64,000 nt of DNA, taken from Planctomycetota bacterium. GTDB taxonomy: Bacteria; Planctomycetota; UBA1135; UBA2386. The translations under genes and the position numbers were made by a program. Below, piece after piece: positions 46,370 to 54,341 of the stretch. The DNA lies in the NCBI GenBank assembly GCA_046290465.1, contig JBKAGP010000001.1, positions 3,456,001 through 3,520,000 of the forward strand, given 5' to 3'. Within the stretch, counting starts at the first letter, position 1. Every line of letters begins with the position of its first letter. A model generated the notes under the pieces. The model had not been told where the DNA came from and did not search any database. It saw only the letters and a list, made by a program, of their open reading frames with translations.

Positions 46370-48262
46370 TTACTGGTCGATGGTCGCGCGACCGGCGTCC
46401 GAGACGACGATGTTGAGCGCGTTGACCTGGTCCCAGACCGCCCACTGGTGGTAGAGGCTGAGGCCGATGTTGGCGGGCGAGGCCGGGATGCTGAACGGCG
46501 CGCTGGCGGTGCCCTGCGCGTCGGTGATGAACAGCTCCAGCACGTCCGCCGCGACGAACAGGCTGCAGCCGGGCGCGCCGGGGATCGCGATCGGCAGCGG
46601 GGCGCCGTTGTAGACCTGGTCCGACAGACCCGAGACGCAGATCGCGAACGTCTGCGGGATCGCATCGGCCAGCGTCACGCTGTAGTTCGAGTTGAGCGTC
46701 GGCAGGCCCTGGTTGCCGATCGACGGCGTGATCGCGCCGCCGCCGGTGCAGTTGACGCGGTACGACGGGCGGTCGACCAGGCCCGAGCTGGTCCACTGCG
46801 CCGGCCCGTTGATCAGGTCACGGTAGTAGCCCGAACCCTGCTGGCCCGCCTGCAGCGAACTGATGATCACGTTGTTCGAGCTACTGTCGAGGCCGATGTA
46901 GAACGTGCCGTTGACCGCGACCGGCGCCGCAAACGTCGCGGTGTAGAACTGCGGCGACGTGCCGATCTGCATCGTCGTACTGGCGATCGGGCTCGCGCCC
47001 GGGCCACCGTTGACGTCCGGGTAGATGTGCACCGGGCGGTTGAGCGTGCCACCGGTCGTCTGCGTGAAGATGTCGACCGACGTGATGTTGATCGGGCCCG
47101 CCGACTGCGCGGTGTAGCAGTACTCGTTGTCGCGGGTGTCGCCCTCGAGCGAGCCGCCGCCCGGGTTGAGCTCCGGGCACGGCGCCGTGGCCGAGCCGGG
47201 GCAGCCCTGGCCGAACCTGGCGAAGTTCGCGCTGGTCGGGCGCACGATGTAGAGACCGGTCGCGCGGTCCGACACCAGGATGTTGCCCGACGGCAAGAAC
47301 GGGTAGACGCCCCAGGCGCCGTTGAAGCCGCCCGACGGGCCCGGCCACGTGTCGTACGACGCGACCTCGACCGGGTTGGCCGGATCGCTGATGTCGATGC
47401 AGCGGTAGCCCTCGGTGTACCAGCTGACGTGCACCTTGTCGCCGACGATGAACGCGTTGTGCGGGATCGACGCCGGGTTCGGCGTGAACGAACTCAGCCC
47501 GATCGGGTTCGACTTGTTGGTGATGTCGAAGATCCGGATCACCCCGCCAGTCACCTCGTCGGTCGTCACGCACAGCGTGCCCGCCGCGTTCGGCCACGCG
47601 TTGTGCGTGAAGTTGCCGGGCGTCTGCGTGTTGCTGAGCACGGTCTGCGGGAACGTGCTCGCGTCGGCGATGCGCAGGTCGCCGTTGTAGATCATCGAGC
47701 CGTAGAAGTAGCCGTTCTCGACGCAGAGGTCGTGGTAGTAGTTGCTGTTGCCGCTGCCGCCGGCGCTGCCGAGGTAGGTCGGGTTGGCCGGGTTGGTGTT
47801 GAGGTCCCAGACCGGCGTGCCGGCGTTGGAACCGACCAGGTAGAGCAGGCCGGTCGCGGTGTCGACGCAGACGTTGTGCGCGTTGGTCGTGACCGACGTG
47901 CCGAACGTGCCGACCGCGGTCGGGCTGTTGGGATTGGTGAGGTCGATGATCTGGAAGCCCGACGTCGCCTCGGTCACCACGTACGCATAGTTGCCGAACG
48001 TGCGGCAGTCGCGCCACGACGACGAGCCGAACGGGAACCAGCCGCGCTCGATCGGGGTCGCCGGGTTGCTGACGTCGACGACCACCGTGCCCGTCGTCGA
48101 GCACAGCAGCGCGTACTCGTCGCCGTTGGGTGCCGTGTAGCCCCAGACATCGTTGAAGGGACCGTGGTTGTTGAAGGTGCCGAGCAGGGCACAATTCACG
48201 CCTTGGGCGGAGATCGACGCGGCAAAGATGCCGGCCGCAAGGAGGGCTTTCTTCATCTGCAT
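46370..48262 (-). CDS. choice-of-anchor B protein, tandem paralog, with the shared C-terminal domain
   Basis: ATG at 48262; same motifs as the adjacent paralog (NDVWGY, GAWGVYPFLPSGNILVSD). Confidence 0.9.
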   Translation of the reverse strand: MQMKKALLAAGIFAASISAQGVNCALLGTFNNHGPFNDVWGYTAPNGDEYALLCSTTGTVVVDVSNPATPIERGWFPFGSSSWRDCRTFGNYAYVVTEATSGFQIIDLTNPNSPTAVGTFGTSVTTNAHNVCVDTATGLLYLVGSNAGTPVWDLNTNPANPTYLGSAGGSGNSNYYHDLCVENGYFYGSMIYNGDLRIADASTFPQTVLSNTQTPGNFTHNAWPNAAGTLCVTTDEVTGGVIRIFDITNKSNPIGLSSFTPNPASIPHNAFIVGDKVHVSWYTEGYRCIDISDPANPVEVASYDTWPGPSGGFNGAWGVYPFLPSGNILVSDRATGLYIVRPTSANFARFGQGCPGSATAPCPELNPGGGSLEGDTRDNEYCYTAQSAGPINITSVDIFTQTTGGTLNRPVHIYPDVNGGPGASPIASTTMQIGTSPQFYTATFAAPVAVNGTFYIGLDSSSNNVIISSLQAGQQGSGYYRDLINGPAQWTSSGLVDRPSYRVNCTGGGAITPSIGNQGLPTLNSNYSVTLADAIPQTFAICVSGLSDQVYNGAPLPIAIPGAPGCSLFVAADVLELFITDAQGTASAPFSIPASPANIGLSLYHQWAVWDQVNALNIVVSDAGRATIDQ

Positions 48263-48392
48263 GGGGAGATCGTGGAGTCTTGGCGCAGACTCGAGGCGGG
48301 GTGGCAGATCTACTGTATGCGACGCGCGCCCAGGCACCAATCGGCCCCGGGCAGCAAGGCGACGGCGAGCGCCGCTTGATTACGGGCAACCG

Positions 48393-48647
48393 CTAGGAGC
48401 GCGTCCATGTAGTGGACGCGCTGCCGACCGTGATCGCGGAAGCGGCGTGTACGCGTGCGGACGGGGCTTTGCCCACTAGGAGCGCGTCCATGTAGTGGAC
48501 GCGCTGCCAACCGTGATCGCGGAAGCGGCGTGCACGCGTTGCGGACGGGGCTTTGCCCACTAGGAGCGCGTCCATGTAGTGGACGCGCTGCCAACCGTGA
48601 TCGCGGAAGCGGCGTGCACGCGTTGCGGACGGGGCTTTGCCCACTAG
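48393..48647. repeat. head-to-tail array of three 83/84-bp CTAG-bounded palindromic units (REP/MITE-like)
   Basis: CTAG at 48393, 48476, 48560 and 48644; near-identical units with no unique spacers; each carries the hairpin agcgcgtcca-tgtag-tggacgcgct. Confidence 0.95.
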
Positions 48648-50311
48648 CGAATCTCGAACCGCCAGCCCGGCGGCAGCTGGATCGGCGGCGCCTGGATCGT
48701 CAGCGGCAGCACGGCGGCCTGCACGATCAGCTGGGCGCCGTAGAGCAGCGGCTGGTTGGGGACCTGCCAGGACGTGCCCTGCTGGCCGGTGTAGATGCCC
48801 GGCAGGAACACGATCTGCGCCGGGTCCATGTAGACGTGGTACGGCGGTGGCAGCGGCGAGACGAACTGCGGCACGACGCCGAGCGCGAACGCCCCGACCA
48901 GGCCGGTCGGCAGGTCCATCGAGAACTGGATCGCGCCGCCGAACGGCGCGTCGTCGGGCGCGACCTCCATCGATCCCAGCTGCGCCTGGGCCAGCGACGC
49001 GGTCGCGCTGACTCCGGCGCCCGGGCTGGCGACATAGCAGCCGTTGGTGGTGATCAGCCCCGCGGCAGTCGCGGCGCCGGTCGAGCCGCCTTCGAAGCTC
49101 GAGCCGACGAACGACACCGGGCCGGTGCCGAGCGACTCGACGACGCAGTCGGTGAAGCGCGACTCGGTGACCTCGAAGGCCTGGCCGGCCTCGGTCGAGA
49201 ACGAGACCGCGCCGTCGCGGCAGCGCAGGTTGCGCACGTCGAGCGACAGCGGCGCACCGCCGGTCGCGACGGTGACGTCGCCGACGCAGCGGAACTCGCG
49301 CAGATGGCCGTAGAGCTGGTCGCCGACGGCACCGAGTTCGAGCGCGACGCCGCCGGGCGGCGCCAGCAGGTTCCACATCGAGCACTGCAGCCAGGTCACC
49401 GCGTCGCTGGCGCCATCGATGCGCGCGCACAGCGGCGACCGCACGCGCAGGTGCGTGCCCTCGACCAGCAGCGGCCGGCCGTTCGTCGACGGAGCCGCGA
49501 GGTCGACGCCGGTGCCGGTGCACTCGACGACGCAGCGGTCGAGCGTGAAGCGCGCGGTGCCGCCGGTGCCGACATCGAAGTCGAACCCGGTCGCAGCGCC
49601 CGTGACGCGCACGTCGCGCGCCTCGAAGATCGTGTCGCGATCGGCCGGCGAGTCGTCGAACGCGATCGCGTTCGGCACGTTCACGAAGCGGCAGTTCTCG
49701 ACGATGAAGCGACCGACGCCGCCGGGCAGCGTGCCGTCGACGTCGATGCCGAACTGGGCGAGGTTCTCGAACACGCAGTCGAGCACCGTCAGCCCGGGCT
49801 GGCCGGTCGCGTCCGACTGCACGACCTCGAGGCCGCTCGGACCACCGAGGAAGCGCAGGCCCTGGATCACCAGGCTGCTGCTGGTCGAGTGCAGGCCGTA
49901 GGTCAGCCCGGGGGCGCTCAGGTCGAGGGTCACGCGGCCGCCAGCGCCGCGGATGAACAGGCCGAACGGCGTGTTGACGATCGACTCGAAGTCCTGCTGC
50001 ACGGTGATCGTCGGGATCGCCTCGGAGTCGATGTCGATCCACGTCACGTCGGTCGTGACCGAGCCGGGCAGCAGGCTGACCTGCAGTTGCTCGGCGGCCG
50101 ACAGCTGGGTGACGGTGATCGTGCCGTTGTGCAGCTGGATCGCCTCGTTGAGCGACAGGAAGGCGTCGCCCAACGTGCCGTGCGAGAGCGCGTCGTTGAC
50201 GAACGCGATCTGGTGGAACGACGGCGGGTTGGCGGCCGGCAGCGGTGCCGGGATGCCGTCGGCCCCCGGGTGCCCCGCACAGGCGAGCAGGGAGAGAAGG
50301 GATGCAATCAT
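48644..50311 (-). CDS. secreted probable beta-helix protein with a divergent copy of the shared C-terminal domain
   Basis: N-terminal hydrophobic segment; LSLNEAI (CSLREA-like); repeating V.DCVF/VENCRF/LDRCVV strands; ends WQVPNQPLLYGAQLIVQAAVL...FEIR. Confidence 0.75.
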   Translation of the reverse strand: MIASLLSLLACAGHPGADGIPAPLPAANPPSFHQIAFVNDALSHGTLGDAFLSLNEAIQLHNGTITVTQLSAAEQLQVSLLPGSVTTDVTWIDIDSEAIPTITVQQDFESIVNTPFGLFIRGAGGRVTLDLSAPGLTYGLHSTSSSLVIQGLRFLGGPSGLEVVQSDATGQPGLTVLDCVFENLAQFGIDVDGTLPGGVGRFIVENCRFVNVPNAIAFDDSPADRDTIFEARDVRVTGAATGFDFDVGTGGTARFTLDRCVVECTGTGVDLAAPSTNGRPLLVEGTHLRVRSPLCARIDGASDAVTWLQCSMWNLLAPPGGVALELGAVGDQLYGHLREFRCVGDVTVATGGAPLSLDVRNLRCRDGAVSFSTEAGQAFEVTESRFTDCVVESLGTGPVSFVGSSFEGGSTGAATAAGLITTNGCYVASPGAGVSATASLAQAQLGSMEVAPDDAPFGGAIQFSMDLPTGLVGAFALGVVPQFVSPLPPPYHVYMDPAQIVFLPGIYTGQQGTSWQVPNQPLLYGAQLIVQAAVLPLTIQAPPIQLPPGWRFEIR

Positions 50312-50528
50312 GGCGCGGTGGATCCCTCAGACGGGATCCGCAGGGAGGGCAGGCGAGGCCCCAGAAGGGTACTCGATGTCTTCGCAGAGGGTCAACGGGG
50401 CCAACCGGCACCGGGCGACGCCATCGCGCGTTCGCGGGCGAAGAAAGGGCGAGCGCTCGACGGAGGGGGCGATTCCGGAGCGCTCGGGGTGGGGCGCCGG
50501 CCGCAGCCGGCGCCCCGTCGGGCATCGC

Positions 50529-52436
50529 TTAGAGCGTGCCGATCTTGAAGCAGACCGCGTTGCTGAGCGTCAGGCCCAGCTGGTTGGGCGGCAGCTGGAT
50601 GTGCAGCGCCGCGCCCTGCGCGTAGACGTCGAAACCAGCCGTGGCGGCCGGCAGCGGGAACGGCAGGACGATCTCGCCCGGCAGGCTCGGATCCTCGAAC
50701 GCCGTGATGACGATCGGGGCCGGGTTCAGGCCCGGGTAGAACGGGCAGCCCGGCATGCCGATGACACCGAGGTCGACCGGGACCGGGTTGACGGTCGTGT
50801 TCAGCGCGAACAGGCCGATGTGGCCGATGCCCGCCGGGTAGGCCGGCAGGTTGCCCATGACGAGGTCGGCGTTGCCGTTCTCGACCGGACGGGTGGCCAG
50901 ATCCAGCGTCGGGGCCGACGAGCCGTCGCCCGAGACCGCGGCGCCCGGCAGGGCCGGGATGGCCGACCAGTCGGTCAGACCGCCGACCGGCTCACCGTTG
51001 CCGGCGCTGAAGCCGATGATGGCGTCGTTGCCGCCACCGTCGTTGGCCAGGTTCGGGCCGTAGGCGATGTTGACGACCGAGCCGTCTTGCGTGAACTCGA
51101 TCGACATGCTGCAGGTGACACCCGCGACGACCGGCCAGTTCGGGACGTTGTCCCACCAGATCATGACGCCGCCGAGGTTCGGGCTCGGCTCCATCACGTA
51201 GATGTCGCCACCCCCGGTCGGGTCGAGGTCGGTGTTGAAGACGCACCACTGCGTGGCGAGGTCACGGAACGGCACGATGCTCGCGTAGTTGGCGCCGTTG
51301 TAGTTGAACGACGTGTCGCTCGGGGCAACCGTGTCGAAGTAGACCTTGCCGTTCGAGTTGATGCCCAGCTCGGTGGCCATCAGGCCGCCGCCCGGGGCCG
51401 GCAGGGAGATCGGGAACGCCGGCGTGTAGCTGAACGTGCAGTCGTCGAGCGTGCCCGACGAGTTGGCGATCGGGACGGCCGCGCCACCACCTTGCGTCAG
51501 GTTGGTCGCACCAGCGGGCGGCGCGATGTACGGGATGCCGCCGTTGCTGATCTGGTAGAAGCCGCCGTTGGCCGACGGGGTCAGGATCGCCGTGTAGGCG
51601 GTGCTGGCCACGTCGATCGGCTGCGTGTTGGCCGCGATCTGCTCGTAGATCATGAACGGCAGGTCGTAGCAGCCACCGCCGATCGACTGCGACGCGCCGG
51701 CGTTCGGATCCGGCGTGTAGTCGAACGCGATGTTCGGCTGGTCGTTGAAGATGCCGCCGATCGCCGGGTTCGGGATCAGCACACCCGACGGGTCGACCTG
51801 CTGCCAGCCCGACGTCTGGATGTCGCCGTTGCTCATCTGGATGAACTGGTCGCTGCTGAGCGGGTCCGGCCAGTTGGCGGGCGAGAAGCCGATGCAGGAG
51901 TGATCGCCCGGGTTCAGCAGCGGGACGTTCGTCTGCGGCAGCGAGGTGGTGCCCTGCCAGGTGGTCGGGATGTACTCGATGCAGAAGCCGTAGCTGCCCG
52001 CCGGGAGGACGAACGTGAACGGCGCGTTGGTGACCGGGTCCTTGAAGTTGGTGGTGACGCAGTCGCCGTTCCACGGAACGATCGTCATCTCACCCGTCGC
52101 GACGTGGGTCCAGTTGGCGGGAGTACCTTCCTGGCCGACGTGCGTGGTCGGGGTCGTGTAGATGCGGACTTCGGCGACGTTGCCGCTCTGGTCCGGAGGA
52201 GTCGTCGAGCCGGCACCCTGACTGTAGGTCGTGGTGTAGATCTCGTTGATCGTCAGCGGAGCATCGACGGCGAGGTCGACGTACTGGTTCAGCGTGTCGC
52301 CGTTGGCGCTCGCGTAGTAGAAGCTGACGGCCCACGGATCGAACGTTCGGATCGTGGACGGGTTGAGGGCGTTGCACTGCGCGAACGCAGCGCCGGCGGT
52401 GGCCATAACGGCCAACGCAATCTTCGAGGTTTGCAT
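50529..52436 (-). CDS. secreted protein with a nidogen-like central region and the shared C-terminal domain
   Basis: Signal peptide AFAQC; LDD...PAFPISL...INSNGKVYF, DLDPTGGGDIYV, WDNVP; ends PVDLGVIGMPGC...YAQGAAL...NQLGLTLSNAVCFKIGTL. Confidence 0.8.
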   Translation of the reverse strand: MQTSKIALAVMATAGAAFAQCNALNPSTIRTFDPWAVSFYYASANGDTLNQYVDLAVDAPLTINEIYTTTYSQGAGSTTPPDQSGNVAEVRIYTTPTTHVGQEGTPANWTHVATGEMTIVPWNGDCVTTNFKDPVTNAPFTFVLPAGSYGFCIEYIPTTWQGTTSLPQTNVPLLNPGDHSCIGFSPANWPDPLSSDQFIQMSNGDIQTSGWQQVDPSGVLIPNPAIGGIFNDQPNIAFDYTPDPNAGASQSIGGGCYDLPFMIYEQIAANTQPIDVASTAYTAILTPSANGGFYQISNGGIPYIAPPAGATNLTQGGGAAVPIANSSGTLDDCTFSYTPAFPISLPAPGGGLMATELGINSNGKVYFDTVAPSDTSFNYNGANYASIVPFRDLATQWCVFNTDLDPTGGGDIYVMEPSPNLGGVMIWWDNVPNWPVVAGVTCSMSIEFTQDGSVVNIAYGPNLANDGGGNDAIIGFSAGNGEPVGGLTDWSAIPALPGAAVSGDGSSAPTLDLATRPVENGNADLVMGNLPAYPAGIGHIGLFALNTTVNPVPVDLGVIGMPGCPFYPGLNPAPIVITAFEDPSLPGEIVLPFPLPAATAGFDVYAQGAALHIQLPPNQLGLTLSNAVCFKIGTL

Positions 52437-52708
52437 GGATTGCCTTTACAGAAAGGACGAGTGAGGCCCGAAGAGAACGGGCAGGTCCGGGCAATCCTAG
52501 TGAAGGCCGGGAACCACGCAAACCCCTGCGGAGCCATGCCCGGGACATCCTGCAGACATCGTTGCGGCAGACCTCAATGACGATGCGCACCAGCGTCGAT
52601 CGAGCGGCGCAGAGCATGTCCGAAGTGCAATGACGGCGCGCGGCGGGCACGCGGCGCGCGTCTCTCGAATGCGGTCGACAGCAGTCTGGAAAGACTACCC
52701 GATCGCTA

Positions 52709-53638
52709 TCACGCCTTGCTGATGAAGCCCTCGAGGTCGGTCTGCAGGTCCGACAGGCCGTAGTCCTGCACCGTGATGCAGCGGTAGACGATGCGCTCGA
52801 GCTCCTCGGGCGTCTTCGGGTTGAGCACGTTCGGCGGCGTGTAGCTGAAGAAGTAGCTGAGCGACAGACGCTGCGTCTCGCCGCCGCTCTGCCGGCCGGC
52901 GAACTCCCACGGCACCTCGTCGAACGGCAGCGTGCCGGTCAGGATCTCGTAGATCATGATGCCGATGGCCATCACGTCGGCCTTGCTGTCCGTCAGCAGC
53001 ATCGGGTTGTAGTGCGGCGTGGTCGTGACGACCGGCCGCTCCGGGATGCGCATCGCGGGATCGAGCAGCACGACCTTGCCGCTCGGCTTGACGATGACGT
53101 TCTCCGGCTTCAGGTCGCCGTGGTACTGCATCGCGCCGGAATCGCGCAGCGACGTCAGCGCCCGCACGATCGCGAGGAACCAGTTGAGGTGGATGCCCTC
53201 GAGGCTGCGGATCTTCTCGCGCAGCGTCTTGCCGCGCACGTAGTCGAGCACCAGCACCGGGTCGCCGTCGACCATCAGCCGATCCTGCACCCGCACCAGG
53301 TTGTCGTTCTCGCAGGCCGCCAGCAGGTCGCCCTCGGCGCGCAGCATGGCGTGCACCTCCTGTTCGTCGAACAGGTCGATGCGCACCCCGCGCGGCTCGA
53401 AGAACACCGCCTCGGCCGGCAGTTCGTCCGGGCTGATACCCTCCGCGGTGCGCCGCGACGTCACCTCCAGCAGTCTGGTGACCTGTCGGCCACCGCCGGA
53501 GATGCCGCCTACCTTGAGCGCCACCTTGCTGCCGGATTGCTCGTGTTGGGCGAGGTCGACGGAGGCGAAGCCTCCGCGCCCAAGGAAACGAGTGATCCGG
53601 TAGCCCTCTACGACCTCACCGACCGCAAGCTTCATCAT
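52709..53638 (-). CDS. Hanks-type Ser/Thr protein kinase with atypical motifs
   Basis: GRGGFASV, VALK, HGDLKPEN, LLDPAM (DFG position), KADVMAIG, LTGTLPF. Confidence 0.88.
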   Translation of the reverse strand: MMKLAVGEVVEGYRITRFLGRGGFASVDLAQHEQSGSKVALKVGGISGGGRQVTRLLEVTSRRTAEGISPDELPAEAVFFEPRGVRIDLFDEQEVHAMLRAEGDLLAACENDNLVRVQDRLMVDGDPVLVLDYVRGKTLREKIRSLEGIHLNWFLAIVRALTSLRDSGAMQYHGDLKPENVIVKPSGKVVLLDPAMRIPERPVVTTTPHYNPMLLTDSKADVMAIGIMIYEILTGTLPFDEVPWEFAGRQSGGETQRLSLSYFFSYTPPNVLNPKTPEELERIVYRCITVQDYGLSDLQTDLEGFISKA

Positions 53639-53771
53639 CCGCTGTGTGTCCCAGTTGCTATTGCGAGGAGCGCTTCCCCCCGCCGCTGAGTTTTCGGTAT
53701 CCCCTTACTCAGAGTTGAGTTAGGACTGAGACAACGGCGGCGGCGGCGGTGCCACCGGGACTTCGCGCCCG

Positions 53772-54335
53772 CTACCAGACGAAGCGGACCATCGGACTCT
53801 TGACGGTGCGGTCGTTCACCACAGCGAGCACGTGCGCGTGGTAGGTGGTTGTCGGCTTCAACGACAACCGGAGCTCGTCCGTCGGCTTCCACGGCGAACG
53901 TTCGATGCCATCGATGGTCGTGATCGGGCGGTAATCCTCGCCGAGCAGCACCAGCCGGAACGGCCCCTCGATCCCGGCCTCGGACCAGCGGAACGCGCCG
54001 AGCAGTTCGTCGAACTCGAGCGAGGAAATCGCCATCGCCGGACCGCGCGACTCAGGCCCTGGCCCGCTGGCGGCCGATACCGGAACATGCGGTGGCAACG
54101 GCCCCACCGGCATCAGAACCCCGACGCACGCAACCCCGATGCACCCCCATCCGAGCAACCTGGGCCACCGCGACTGTGGCCGCGCCGCGCGCACGCGGCG
54201 GGCTTCGGTGACGGCGCGTTCGGAGCGCTTGCGCCACGGCCGCTGCAGCAAGCGGCCGTCGGGACCGACCGTGCGGGGCACGGCAGCGCCCGCCCACACG
54301 TATCGATGTGCCGCCCACAACGCCCACCTGGCCAT
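53772..54335 (-). CDS. hypothetical single-TM protein; start uncertain
   Basis: ORF 53772..54359; hydrophobic segment LLGWGCIGVACVGVLM and a beta-rich C-terminus. Confidence 0.5.
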   Translation of the reverse strand: MARWALWAAHRYVWAGAAVPRTVGPDGRLLQRPWRKRSERAVTEARRVRAARPQSRWPRLLGWGCIGVACVGVLMPVGPLPPHVPVSAASGPGPESRGPAMAISSLEFDELLGAFRWSEAGIEGPFRLVLLGEDYRPITTIDGIERSPWKPTDELRLSLKPTTTYHAHVLAVVNDRTVKSPMVRFVW

Positions 54336-54341
54336 GAACCC

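Noticed and set aside
48393..48647. CRISPR array
   Set aside because: The units are near-identical along their whole length, with no unique spacers, and no cas genes are present.
48393..48647. 28-aa repeat peptide (LVGKAPSATRARRFRDHGWQRVHYMDAL) in ORF 48393..50525
   Set aside because: By-product of the 84-bp period. The frame breaks in the 83-bp unit, and the rest of that ORF is an off-frame shadow of the real 48644..50311 gene.
52437..52708. Riboswitch or tRNA in the longer intergenic gaps (also 50312-50528 and 53639-53771)
   Set aside because: I could not recognise a tRNA cloverleaf or riboswitch consensus; only short GC hairpins are present. An Infernal scan would be needed to exclude this fully.
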